Positions 26,943-41,073 of a stretch of DNA of 64,000 bases are shown piece after piece; within the stretch, counting starts at the first letter, position 1; each line of letters begins with the position of its first letter. The notes under the pieces are model-generated. The model ran no database searches and was not told the origin of the DNA. It saw only the letters and a program-made list of their open reading frames with translations. Made by a program: the position numbers and the translations under genes. This DNA is from Octopus sinensis (taxonomy: Eukaryota), in assembly GCF_006345805.1 (NCBI RefSeq), contig NC_043005.1:67766001-67830000 (forward strand), in the 5' to 3' direction.

Positions 26943-28999
26943 CTACCGTAATGCAATGCAGGACGTTTTAATGACATCACCTAGAACATTGTACGGCGCC
27001 AATGACGTGTTAGATTTCTTTAGCCTGGATAGCAACACCGCACACAGTCGTATATTAGAATTTCTGAAGAAAACAGCAGAAGATTCGAGACATGTATCAT
27101 GTTTTTTTTCTTGGACGTTAATATATGGTATAATAAACTGTATATGTCGTTAATTTAGAAAAAAGACACTAACAAGTTCTTTTATTACTAAAATGAAATG
27201 AAAAATAAAGTATGACGTCAGTACTGGTGGACAATATTTAAAGTTTTAATTTGTGTTGTAGCGTTTTATGGTTTCTAAAAAGAATCAGTTAAAACAAATC
27301 TATTGTTAGTCAAGGTTGGCGGAGGCGGCGGTGTGGGAGAGGGGTCAGCGGCGTTGATGGTGGGTGTAGAATCAGCAGAGCCATTGATTAACTACATCTC
27401 AGAACATAGTTGCGTCATTATGGGTTTCCAAGGTATTTCCTTTCATACTTCCAAAGTCAATTACGTAAGTTCTTAGTATTTCTATTTCCATCCTCGATAC
27501 AAACTGTGATTCACGAGATCGCAAACAACTTAATATATCATATATTTCTGCAACAAGATATACTATACAGTTCTCGATTGCAAGAAGATGGCCTCTTTTT
27601 TTTGCAATATAAGAGCGCTGAAGTAACATTTCAGTTTTTATAGTGCTCCCTCTGCAAGTAAAGACTCATAATATCACTTTATGATATTTCTAACTGTGTT
27701 AGGTGAATTCTTGGGAGTTATGTTCTTGGTCATTGAACTATGAATTAATACTGATTTATCGATATTTGTCCTCTTTTTCCCGTTACACTAGGAACAAATC
27801 TTTCTACCGCTGGTAGAATTTTCTGCGGATGAATATTTTGAGAATTTCGCCAGGTTTTAGGATTATGGTGGAATAGTCTTCAATCTTATCTTTGTTCGAT
27901 CAACCACTCAATTGCTCGCTAGCATTCTCATAAATGTCATTATGTAAAGATCGGTAAGTTTATTATGAAAGTCATGTGCAAGTCACACAAGTGGGACTAT
28001 GTTTGAGAATCTCGTCAATTTTTACTGTGGTAAATCAAACAACTTACTTACTTTGTAGCTCCGGCTCTATCTAGAAGCTCTCCTTGTGAGATGTAGTAAA
28101 TACCCAAAGGTTCAGATTGTTTTTCCGCTCTTTGCAGCGCTAAGTAGATGGAATATATTTTTTTTTTTGGATAACGCGCTGATGCATTTTAGATAGATAT
28201 TCATCAGAAGAAATTTACTTAACTAAAGCTAAGTAAAGATCACTTCAATACTGTTCTTTATTCGGTGAATCAGTCCTGTGTGGTGTTTCTTCCCAGCTAA
28301 ATAAACTTGTCCATTAAGTGTTGTTATTTCTGTTGTTGAACAGCAGGTTAGAATTAATAGAGTGTACTTATGATCAAAGACGTTCAAATCGTAACCATCC
28401 CATCTTTCAACACAGATATTACTATATTATTCTATGTGTCACACCATTTTCAATTCAGAAAGATGTTACTTGGCTGCTGTTTCTAGCAGGTTGAACCACC
28501 CAGGAAGTGTTTCTTCGTAGACTCCTTAAGAGTCAGGCTATGAACACAAAGATGAATTAGGACTGAAATACAAGCCAGAAGGTTGTTTGGGATCTCTTCA
28601 TTTCGGCTACTCAATCTCAAAGAGGACATTATGCATGAAAATAATCTCCTTACCAATGCCAATAAAATATTATGTAAAGATTAGTAAGGTTATTATGAAA
28701 AGTATTTGCGATTCACACAATTCTTCCTTTACATATAGATCAGAAGCTTTGTAAGGATATGATAATGAATATGGTATTTATCATATATAATTTCTTTCCG
28801 GCCCATTTCCACTGTACTTTTGTCTTCAATGTACTTTTGTCTTCAATGGAGAAGAAACTAATATATTTATTAGTTGAACGCTATAAATTCTCAGTGACCT
28901 TAAACTGCCACCCAATTTCGGTTCCATTTTGAACCATTACACTTCTTTGGAGCCAAATCAAATCAAATATTGACTAGGCGTTAAATTGAACCAAGTTAC

Positions 29000-29330
29000 A
29001 TCTCCAAAATGACCAGATGACTGTGTGTATTTGGTTATTCACAGATATTTTCAGTGACTTTGCGTCTCTGCTATACATACAGAGTTTATTTGCCTAAACT
29101 TTTTGCTATAGTGAAAAAAAAACTGCGATTTTGTTATATCTTTGAAATCCCAACTGCTATCTTTCAAGCGACTTTTAGAAAGAACATGCTGCTAACACTT
29201 CATTTATGATCATTTCACCAGTTGTATGTTTGAGACATATCCGAAGAGAATGTAGCAGATGGTTTCTGAGAACTGATCATATTGATAATATTTATCATCA
29301 AAATCATAGAAATTACAAATATTCCTTTCA
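29000..29330 (-). mobile_element. Possible P-element/THAP9-like transposase fossil
   Basis: Frameshifted minus translation loosely fits KMKVxLAAQxLSxSVA...FxD...FDxLNS (MK..LAA..VLSKS..DFKD..FRQINS). Weak. Confidence 0.25.
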
Positions 29331-29637
29331 ATGAATCTGTTAAAGGAAAGTTATTTTCTTCATTTTCACAGTTAAATTGTCCTTTAGGATGTAAAAATGA
29401 GAACTTTCCTATCGATGAACGAGCATACAATTCTTCAAAATATTCAATATGTAAATGGTTAAGATTTTATTATTCTTAATAAAAACTATTTGCTTCGTGA
29501 TTTTTTTGCGTTATTTCTCAACAATATTAGCTTGGAATATCAGTTGTTATATTATATTCCCTTTCACAAGTTCACTAAAGTGTGTGCGAAGACATATATG
29601 TTATAAATTTAAGCATGTATATGTAAGTTTATAGGTG

Positions 29638-30027
<390 letters not shown>

Positions 30028-30194
30028 GGAAGCGGAAAAAATGTTGGTATTATTTATTTACAAGATACCTCCTATTAGAAATTTTTCAGACAGAGAATCA
30101 GAATTTCCTATAAAAGATATCTCGCATGGTTTTCCTACATGTTTAATTTTGTAACTCTTATTAGCAAATGGAACTCGTGCAATGCTATATAAAT

Positions 30195-30413
30195 ATTTTA
30201 TATATATATTCGCCATGATATATCGGTAGCCACTACACACATTTTTTTCTCTCTTTGCTTCTCTCCTTTTTTTCTCTCCGTGTTTCTTTCTGTGTTCCTT
30301 TCTGTGGAAGAGCGTAGGCTCGAAACGTTAAAGACTTTTTCAATTCCCGAGCGTTATACTTATACATCTGTTTGTTTTCTACACCACCTGTCTTCGTCTT
30401 TTGTTTTTTTTTC

Positions 30414-30420
<7 letters not shown>
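30195..30420 (+). mobile_element. PLE pseudo-LTR fragment (family P1) with hammerhead-like motif at 30298-30333
   Basis: cttt-CTGTGGA-a-gagc gtag gctc-GAAACGTT-aaag; abuts (CT)n(TA)n. Confidence 0.7.
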
Positions 30421-30480
<60 letters not shown>

Positions 30481-31972
30481 ATATATATATATATATATAA
30501 TATCAAAAATGTTTTCCAACGTCCTGTTTCGATTTGTAATTACTCTGAAAATACTATTCCCAGGATTTTACAACTTTTATGCATGCCTCTCTCAATTATA
30601 ACATTTTCATACAATTTTGGAGTACTTGAGTATGCAGATGTGCTTCATGATGAGACAACTTGGATTATAGCCCTATCTAGTTACCATATATATATATATG
30701 TATATGAGAAGATAGTGTATTTTAACATTTTTAGTGCCTACGCAGCCTATGCATTGTGCTGGGTTTCGAAAACAAGATGGAGTCACGGATTTAGATGTCC
30801 TTCGAGGAAGTTATTTAACTGCGTCTTCTCGTGATTAGTCTATTGGCCTTGATTTTTCTTAAAAGCTTCTCACATTTCTCTCGATCATAACTAACGAACG
30901 GAGACCGGTTTGACAACTATATTTATCAGTTTTAATAGCCTCTGAATAAACAAATTATTCTTTCATTTATCTTTTCAATCACCCGAAAAATTACTTGAAT
31001 ACACTTCCACTTATTTATAGCCCAACAATATCGAAACCCTTAGGAGAATTTCCAATTTGCCCAATCAATTATCTCGAAAGCCAGCATTTGATCTTTGATG
31101 CTAGCTCATGTAACAAACCTATATTCCGTATGATATATGATGACAAACAAAAATATATTTAATCCCTTTTTTGTCGTTTTATTCTCTAGAATAAAACCTG
31201 ATGCTAAGAGGCAATTTGTCTTAAAGCAGACTTCCAATATCGGAATCTCCAATATCTGACAGCTTTCATTTATGGAAGCTTAACCACTTACCACTGAATA
31301 CAGCCATTACTATCTACACAATAGATTGTTTCTAAGGAGTAGATATATAGCCATTGGTAATAGAATTGCTACCTTCTCTGATTAAATATTTATCTAAGTG
31401 ATGTATTGTGATAATGATAAAGTATGAAATAAACTTTCAGTGAATAGTATCTGTAACACACGTTCGCTTCCTGTTACTTGCTGTTTATTCTGCTAATGTG
31501 TTTTGACAAAATATAAATTCCCGTTATTCCAACTGCGTTAAGTTAATAAAACTAATCGCATTGAAGATACTTCTTACTTGTAAAAGTCAAGCGAATGACT
31601 CAGTTTATCAAACTATTATTTTATTGTTATTCAATTCAGCGATCTTACACGGATTAAAGGGACACCGAGCCCAGTGTTTTACAAATTTATAGTTTCACTT
31701 TGCATTGCCCTGATTTTGAGTCACCTTTGACATACCTTTTATATTACCAGACTTAGTACAACTGTATTAGCAACATACTATGGGTGATTCAAATCAAATA
31801 TATATTTATATTTATTTTAGTGACTAAAAATGCATCATGTCTGTCTGACTCACATTACAAATAATATTCTTAAGGATGAATGAAATCCGTCGGATCCTTG
31901 TATTTACGTAATGATTCCAGGGAAGGATAAACCAGTGCTTTGCCTTCACTAGAGTGGTACACCATATTATCA

Positions 31973-32191
31973 AGGCGGTGAGCTGGCAGAAATGTTAGCA
32001 CGCCGGGCGAAATGCGTAGCCGTATTTCGTCTGCCGTTACGTTCTGAGTTCGAATTCCGCCGAGGTCGACTTTGCCTTTCATTCTTCCGGGGTCGATAAA
32101 TTAAGTACCAGTTACGCACTGGGGTCGATATAATCGACTTAATCCGTTTGTCTGTCCTTGTGTTTAGCCCCTTGTGGGTAGTAAAGAAATA
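31973..32191 (+). mobile_element. SINE family A monomer with perfect 17 bp TSD
   Basis: ggtacaccatattatca at 31956-31972 and 32192-32208. Confidence 0.93.
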
Positions 32192-32963
32192 GGTACACCA
32201 TATTATCATTACAAGCTAACGAAATGCACTTCAATTTCACACTTCTATTTACTTACAGTGGTGCAATCTACTACAATCCAGAATGTCCCTACAGTACGGT
32301 TCCCATCCACAACTTAGGAAAAAATAAATTTCTTAGTTACACAGTAATGTGATGAAGATAGGTCCCTGAATACCAAATAAATATAGCACTCACTCTATAA
32401 ACTAGATACGAACAATCAGATGTGTTTTACAATTTCGTTTGTTGATTCAGTAATCTTGTATGTTTTACCTCGAGTAAGTAATTGCATAGACATGTATTTC
32501 ATTAATGCGCCGCCAAAACTTATTACCATGAGGTTTACGTGCCAATATGCAAATATGTAGCCGAAAAGCTTGTCGGCTGACCTACGTTTAATTTTCGGGG
32601 TGCTGTGATAGTGCAACATTAATTGCATTGCTTTTTAAAGTTCTAATTTTAAATTCAGGGAATGTTGTTTCAGTATTGTAATCTTTGATTTTCGCACAAT
32701 GCTATCAATTCAAGTGAGGACCAGGTGCATAAATATAAATATGTAAGATATATCGTTCAAATGTGAAGCACTTAATTCATCTCCCTCATGCACACACACG
32801 CACGTGCCGCCACACACATACACATATGCACTTTCATGCACACTCACATGAGACAATGTATATTCACATTCAAAAACGCCCCATACCTGTCGAGAGTGAT
32901 TACCGCTTGCGACACGTTTGAGTGAATGCAAGATGGAATATGCTGATATATGTGTGTGTGTGT

Positions 32964-33122
32964 GTGGCTTAGTGGTTAGGGTGTCCGCATCATGATCGTA
33001 AGATTGTGGTTTCGATTCCTGGAAGTGTTTTGCTCAAGAACACAACGCGTCTCCCGGTCCAGGAATCGAAACCACAATCTTACGATCATGATGCTGACAC
33101 CCTAACCACTAAGCCACGCGCC
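32964..33122. mobile_element. SINE family C head with an inverted duplicate of itself (fold-back)
   Basis: 32964-33023 and 33058-33117 are 60 bp inverted repeats with one mismatch; each has A-box-like tggcttagtggt and B-box-like gtttcgattcc. Confidence 0.9.
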
Positions 33123-33849
33123 TCCACATGTCTATAAAATGTAAGTATATTATAGAGCGTTCTCTTTTGAAACTGTAGTCAGTCCCTATAAAAGAGAACA
33201 AGTATATTGGCTGGGGCCAAGTGAGCCAAAGAAAGGCCCATGAATATATAACAGCTCCCCTACCTAAAAGATTAACAAACTCAGTCACTTCCATTTCAGT
33301 TTATTACAAAGATTCCAGATTATATGGAATAGTACAGTATTCGACTGTTGTAACAAACATGCGTTAATCTACTCTAAATGATACTGATGGATCTAAAACA
33401 TAGACAGGGTGCTTACAAGTGGGAAAACTGAAGTCTAATTTTAAACAAATTTACAAAGTTAAGAGCATAAAACAAAAAAGAAAAAGAAAATTTGAACTAA
33501 ATTATAAAGTACAAACTGTATGCCACTTAACAACATTAACTATTAACAATATTTAACTAATAAACAATATTTAGATAATTCATGATATTATTGCTTTGGC
33601 TTCCCGTAACAACTTATTTGGTAACTTAAAAAGTCAAATTACACTTTGATGAATCAAGTGATATAAGTGATAGAAAGCTAACGGCTTTTGTAAAGGGTAT
33701 TTTTCATATAAGTATAATAGAGTGTAAATATCATTTTCAGGAACAAATTGCGTCATAAAAAAAGTAGAGAATGTCTGTATAGTGTAGCTGAGTGCAGAAG
33801 AAGCCAGAAATAAAAGATAAAAGAAGCAGAAGCTAAACAAAAAATCAAA

Positions 33850-34900
33850 TGGTTTAGTAATGTCAGTTCCTGAGCGAACCAACCTAACAGTGTATCAGAA
33901 GAAGCATTTAAACGTCCTTCAAGAAACAGATGTGTCTTTCATAAAGACATAAAATAGTAAATCTTTTGATTTCAAAAAATATGAAATATATTTTCTCGGA
34001 TACCCAGAGGACATAAACGTTTATATTAAGTTTGAAGTATTTTCGAAATAAGTGAAGAGCTATAGAATTCTTTAGAAAATAGTGGACTCATTGACATGGA
34101 GCTTCAAGATAAATAACAGAAAAATTGCAAGTTATCCTCAGAATTCTATGTTGCATAAAAGTGTTTTGCAACACAAAACCTTTTATTGTGTGGAGAGAAA
34201 GAAATCTATAGACAGAAATGAGAAAGCAATTTCAATTTTTTATGGTATTACAAGAAATGTTGACAAAGATTGATTTTGTTATGGAAGTGCATTTCAGTAG
34301 AGAGTTAAAAAAAAAGAATTGGAAAATATAATTTAATAAGTTATCTCTGTTAATATCTGGCGTTCTTGTTTGACCCTGCTCTGAATCAAGCACTTGTAGA
34401 GTAGTAAATGATGGAAACAGTTCATCATTAAGTACACAACAATTATATCAATAACAGACCTTCCTTGAATTTATCCACTTAAGACATAAAGATGTTGAAA
34501 ACAAGATGGAAGTAACTTTTAGATCAACTTGTAAAAAAACGAGATGTCATATAATTATCGTTATGCTTGTTTATAGAAACAATGTACAACAAAGTAATCA
34601 TGAAATATTGGAAAACTACTTTTGTAAACTGCAATAATCATTCCCTCAATTTGGTAGAAATATGAGCCACTAACTATAATGAATTGATGGTAAAATACTT
34701 CGGTGCGGTTTCAGTTGTTTTATTCATTCTTTACTGCTCCAAACTTCGTTTGTAAAAGTTGAAATTTGTCACATCAGAAGTTATCAAATCTGGATCTTAA
34801 ATGCGATAGAGTTCCTAAGCAGAGACTAAGAAGCCAGTTATCATAGTGGAACGAACTTTTGCGAAGCAGAGCAGGATCAACCTCTTGGCGCAAGAAGAGA
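33850..34900 (+). mobile_element. hAT (Tip100-like) transposase fossil
   Basis: TFVNCNNHSLNLV (hAT CxxH motif) near 34615-34655; upstream QTFLEFIHLRHKD; downstream VKYFGAV..; many stops and frameshifts. Confidence 0.6.
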
Positions 34901-35362
34901 AACAGCAGGTAATAAATCATATTTTAACTTTTGCTTTTTTGGTATGCTTCGGTTTGGTCTAATTTTTGGATCTTGGAATTATATTGCTTTGTTTAAAAAT
35001 GACACAAAATTATAACAAATTCTCATAATGCTGCTTCATTTAAAGCTCTTATAAGTCTTAAAATATTTTGAGATCACTCGAAGACGATCACCCGATCACA
35101 AGCCAGCGATCACTCGAAGGTGAGAACACGCAAGTTTGTACAAGAAAAGAAGACCATCTACAAGTATTCAAATAAAAATATTAAAATAATGACAAGCAGA
35201 TATGGCTGTGTGATTAAAATGTCTGTTTCAGAAGCACCTGCTTTCTGGTTCAATTTCACTGTACAATATTTGGACAAATGTTTTCTATATTATGCTCCAG
35301 TTGACAAATACCATTTATAAGAGGCATTTAGTTGACAGAAACTATGCAGGTGCGAAACTAAT

Positions 35363-35636
35363 AGGCGGCGAGCTGACAGAAACGTTAGCACGGTCGGCGA
35401 AACGCTTAGCGGTATTTGTCTGCCGTTACACTCTGAGTTCAAATTCCGCCGAGGTCAACTTTGCCTTTCATCCTTTCGGGGTCGATTAAATAAGTACCAG
35501 TTACACAGAGGGGTCGATATAATCGACTTAATCCGTTTGTCTGTCCTTGTTTGTCCTCTCTGTGTTTAGCCCCTTGTGGGTAGTAAAGAAATAGGCATTT
35601 AGTCTGCCGTTACGTTCTGAGTTCAAATTCCGCCGA
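35363..35636 (+). mobile_element. SINE family A, one unit plus a partial second unit
   Basis: Restart at aaagaaatagg|catttagtctgccg. Confidence 0.9.
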
Positions 35637-38149
35637 ATTTGTTCCTTACCATTCGATGTGGTTAGCCATAACTTGGATTATAAAATATATATTATAATAG
35701 ATATCCGAAGCTGTGCGCGTCGATATGAAAATTTTGAGGAATTAAGCACTAACAATAACAATACAAAACAGGCGGAAATTTTTCAAAATTAGCCTTCATC
35801 AGCTGTCAAGCTACGAGATTTTCGTGGTCTCGCCCCTTGAGGACAGTACTGCTTACCCAAAGGCATCAACAACCATCCAGTGCGGTTAAGGAAATACTGA
35901 AAATTATTTCTTGAACAAACAGAAACATTGTGGAGAGATGACGAAAAGATGTGATCGCTGGTGAGCTAAGGCAAAAGATTAAGAAGAGAGGACAAAGCAG
36001 AAAAGGAGAAGTGGTAAAAGATTAGGAGTTGTGAAATTAAAAAGACTGAATGGAGAGAAGGGGGGAAGGAAGAGAATTAGCATTTATGCGTATATGTGTA
36101 TGTGGGCGTATATTGGTTTAAACTGGCGTATGTAAGTCCGTGAAAGAACGTAACTTAACATTTCGAAATAGAACAATGCAATTATTATTTGACTGAGTAG
36201 TGGATTCGATATAATTGATTACCCTTGTAGGTAGTGCTCCAACGTGGCCGCAGTTTAGTTACTGAAATCAATAAAATTATAAAGGAAAGATTTTCAAATG
36301 CCATAGGCAAACTAAGGAGATATGGATATCTTGTTTCCTATAAATGCATTGGAATTTCAAATTTCATTTTACGTGGTCAGCCTTTCAATATGCAGAGAGA
36401 AAGACGTATTGTGTTGAACAAATTTGATATCCTCTCAGCAGGCAATATTCTTCAGTTTATATATTTCATAACAATACTCTAGACTATTCACGAGGGAAAA
36501 ATAATTTCGTTTAATTATCGATTTCCATACTTCCTGTGCTTATTTTTCTTGTTTGTATTTTACTACACAATGGTTCTATATACTGTTATCTGGTAATGAA
36601 TCAATATCCGTGAAATGGTGAAGTAATAAAAAGGAAATTTTACTAAGAAGTTACAAAAAATTGCTACTTTAGATAATGTGGGAAGATGCATTGAAGAGTA
36701 GAAGTCAGTATCTTCTACCCCAGACAGTATATTGGCCATGTAAAGCAACGAATCGATTCTGATTCCAGGTCGAATAGATTTTATTTCATATCCAGTTATA
36801 ATGTCCTTTACTTAGTGGAAAAGTAGGAATATTATGTTATTAATTCCCTTTCAAAAGACATTACGGGTACAAGGAAAATAAAATAGCTTCAGAGTGAGAT
36901 GGAATCTGAGAAGTGGTACTTGAATAGCAGGAAGCTAAATTTTTGACACCGTGGCGCAAATACGGAACAACTGTTAATAGTTCTATTTGACTATACACAA
37001 GAATTTATATTTTATAAAATACGAGGAAAATGTTTCTCATGATCATTAACAAAGTAAATAAATTGAAATAGTTTTTTAACTTTGAAACGTGATCACGTGG
37101 TGTATTAATCCAACAGAACTTTTCCTCGTTTTTATTATCGATCGTCACCTGCAGACTAACTATTATTATTGATCGAAATTTCTGATTCGAAAATCTCACT
37201 GGGAAGTATGTTGAATTCTATGCTATTTTCATGTTTCTATCTCACATTTCTCTTCCATATTTTTACAGTTTCAATTCAGATTAATTAGCAGTGCTAAACA
37301 TTTAAGAGATACCACCAGGAGAGTACTAAAAGGAGATAAACTTTTACGTACAACACCAAAATCCAATGCAAGTATGTATACATGATTATGAACGACTTCA
37401 CCAATATTTTAAACACCTACATTAATACACCTATATTAATATATTCTGGATTGTGCTTCTACATCTTGAAAAATATATGCATGTAATTATACGTGTGACT
37501 TCGATACAAAGCAATTTCTTTCATAAACCCCTGTGGCATTTTATGTAAAGTTTTAATGCCCCAAGCCTTAAGTAATAGACAACTCTTCGCCTTCCCTCTT
37601 CTTTTTTCTTCTTTTCCTCCTCCTCTTCTTTTTCTTCTTCTCCTTAGTGTATATGTGAGTCTGTGTGCAATAAACATATATATATATATATATATATACA
37701 TATTCACACACATACATACAAAATGTATAATAAAAAGATACATACATACACGCAAACAGATACACTCATGTAGGTGTGTTGTGACAGTGTGTATGTGTGT
37801 GTGCATGTGTCGTATATGCTTTGTTGCAGTTATGTATATTTTACATACGCACGCGCGAACACACACACACACACACTCACAAAAGTACTTCTGTACTGAG
37901 TTTTCTTGAAAAGTTCGTTTCATCCAGTTTGGTTTTATGTGTCTGTTTTTCGCTCCGTTTGAACCTACTTTCCAAGTAATAACGTGAAGCTATATATGTC
38001 CCATCCCCATTCTTTGATTTTCTTTTTCCCCTACTTAACTTGTCTCTTCCTCTCTCTCTCATTCTTCATTCTCTCTCTCCCCCTCACCATTCTTCATGGT
38101 CTCCTCGCACCATTCCCCTTCTTCTCTCCCTTCCTCTTGCTCCTCCTCC

Positions 38150-38752
38150 CCCCTTCCCGTCGTCCACCCGTGACGATACTTCCGCCCTGACTGCTAACTG
38201 TCTTTCTCGCCTGGCCTTCAAGGCAACTGGACGACTTTTCCTGCTCTCTCGTCGTTCACAAAAAATTCTGCGTTTGCAATACTTTTTTCGTTCGGCGTCA
38301 ACAGCCCTTCTTATCTTGTTTTCCCTGTCCTGTCTTTTACTGTTATATATATTTTTTTACTGTTTATATATACTTTTTTTACTGTTTTTTTACTGTTTAT
38401 ATTTTTGTACTGTCGTTACTGTCCTGTTTTTTTACCATTTTTTTACCATTTTTTACCCCTCTACGAAAAGATCTCAGAATTTTAATTGATTTGCTTTTCG
38501 CAGGAAGGAAAGTTTCTTGTCGAAGATACGTCTCGCTTTTATCCTTCGAAACGTAGAGTAGATGAAACCTTAGCGACTGAAGAAGGGGTTTTTTCGTTGT
38601 GTTAATTGTCCTGTACTCCATTTTTTTGTTGTTTTTAAAAAAATGTCCTGTTCCTTTGGTGTCCTGTACTCATATATGCGTGTATATGTACATGTAGAGG
38701 TGGGTACGTACATATATGTTTTTATATATGCATATGTTTTATTTCATTATTA

Positions 38753-38760
<8 letters not shown>
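38150..38760 (+). repeat. Unclassified repeat, possibly a PLE pseudo-LTR; 3' part recurs at about 57920-58030
   Basis: Shared gtcctgtact..tacatgtaga..gtacgtacatatatg; broken ctgaagaagggg and cgaaacgt hammerhead-like pieces at 38545-38595; abuts (TA)n. Confidence 0.4.
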
Positions 38761-38799
<39 letters not shown>

Positions 38800-38824
38800 A
38801 ACAAAGGGTAAAATTAATTAGTTA

Positions 38825-38888
<64 letters not shown>

Positions 38889-39322
38889 AGGAAAAATTAA
38901 GGCCAATAGGCCAGATATAGTTGTCAGAGATCATGAAGAAGAAAATGCTTTCTAATTGATGTATCAATACCAGCAGATGACAACGTTTCTCTAAAAGAAA
39001 TGGAGAAACTTACAAATTACAAAGACCTAGAAATAGAGGTAACCAGAATGTGGAATCTAAAAAGCAGAAACAATTCCTATCATAGTAGGCACATTAGGTA
39101 TGATAAAAAATATTCAGACAAATACATAACAAAAATACCAGGACTTACAAACACATATAACATACAGAAAATTGCATTACTAGGCACTGCACACATCCTA
39201 CGCAAAACACTTTCAATACAATAACCATAAGAGCATTACAACAAACCCAAGGCACATACCCAAGGCACACAGAGCTGCGCTCGGTAGTGAAGTGAAAGCA
39301 CGCTATAAAAATAAAACTACTG
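38889..39322 (+). mobile_element. R4/Dong-clade 3' fragment, same family as 3354-3900
   Basis: High nucleotide identity to 3470-3900; IQKIALLGTAHILRKTLSIQ*; (AAT)n tail. Confidence 0.92.
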
Positions 39323-39339
39323 AATAATAATAATAATAA

Positions 39340-39370
<31 letters not shown>

Positions 39371-39410
39371 AAGGAGGAGGAGGTGGATGAGGAGGATGGT
39401 GGTGGTGGTG

Positions 39411-39470
<60 letters not shown>

Positions 39471-39472
39471 AT

Positions 39473-40006
39473 AAATGCCCTGATGCAGTACCAGGCAGTA
39501 GCTCTCGTGGCTTCTGATCTTAACTGATTGGAAGTGTTATCATGTATTTTTTTTGTCTTGGTATAAAATATGGGCTACAGCAAATATTCTGCTCAATACC
39601 ACAGATTTGCTTGTCAACTGTTTGACCTTAACCAGTTGAGCATGGCCCTTAGTGACTGACGAGCAAAATTAGCTGGGGAGTATCATACCCATGTGTTGAG
39701 AGGAATTCTTTGGAGTTTGAATAATCATCTCTGGAAACATGGGTGTTTCATTCAACATCCTTAAACAAACCTTATTCAGGGGCCTTTTGAGCGAGATTGG
39801 ATACCCGACTTGAAAAAAATTCTAACTGGGCCCCCACCTGCAAGGTCATGCGCTGCTTATTTTGTTATAAGATCACCATGTCGTGCACATATGGCTGTGA
39901 GGCATGTGCCTGGTGTACCCTTATCAGACGAGTAGTCATGATGGGTATACTGATCAGTATAATTTACACCAGTATCTCTTTGATGGCATGCACTGCTCTC
40001 TCACTC
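39473..40006 (+). mobile_element. Family N full copy
   Basis: Colinear with 14704-15260; starts after ..agtaat and ends ctctctcactc(AAT)n. Confidence 0.88.
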
Positions 40007-41073
40007 AATAATAATAATATACCCACTCATTACCTAATGTATGAGTGACTTTTATGACACATGTATTATTAGACGACTATATACGTGTGTGACTGTGTGT
40101 GTGCATGTATGCATATGTGTTTGTGTGAGCAAGTATATTCTATTATTCATTTATCGGTTTCATTTATTTACTGGCGCCATGTTGGAGTACAGCTTTCAAT
40201 GATATAGTCAATTTTATCGATCCTAGAACTCTTAAACTGATACTATATTATCGACTATAGAAGTCTGGAGGGTAAATTTGACCTCAGCAGAATTTGAACT
40301 CAGACTGTAACGAAGTATACCTAAATTCCGAAAGGCATTTTGTCCGCCTCCTTATCGATCTTGCTAACTTAAATCTGCGTGTATGTGTGTGTATGTGTGT
40401 GTGTGTGTGTGTGTGGTGTGTGTGTGTGTCCGTGCGTATACATGTATGTGTCTGTGTGTATCCTTGAGTATACATGTGTGTAAGTGCGCTTGTGTCTGTG
40501 CGTCCTCGTGCTCACACTTACAGATGTATATATAAAATGCGCTTTCAGCAAATATTAAATCGATTTCCATATGTAGATATACGTATATAGTCTTGATATA
40601 TCTGAGATTGTTTAGTCTCAGCTTGCATCAATATTGACTGAGTGTTTTCCATATTTATGTTTCAAGAATATCAATATTCTAAAAGTCCTTGGTTACCAAT
40701 ATTTTTTTTTAATTCGTGATAAGCACGATAATTCTTATTCGATTTTACCAAAGAAAGGACACTTCCTCTTATAGTATGATTTACATCCTGTCAATTTTCA
40801 GTCCATACATTTCTTTTTCCATAAAAAATATATATTCTGATAATGAATATCACCTGCATAGCGGCGTGGCGAACTAGAAGCTTTATCGTGTCTAGATGAC
40901 TAATTTTTCGTACTGTGTTCGAAGCTCGCAATATTTTCACCGTTACATTTAAAACATCCGTTATATATTAACCACTCTACTCCAAATATTAGTTCATACC
41001 AAACGGTAGATTTCGATTCTATATACATTCGAGGGCTCATCTCTTTGCCTTTCCCAGAAATATTACCGATGTG

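Noticed and set aside
32964-33023. tRNA gene candidates (also 63745-63817 and the heads of SINE A and B)
   Set aside because: A and B boxes are present but there is no complete cloverleaf or acceptor stem, and each continues into SINE body sequence.
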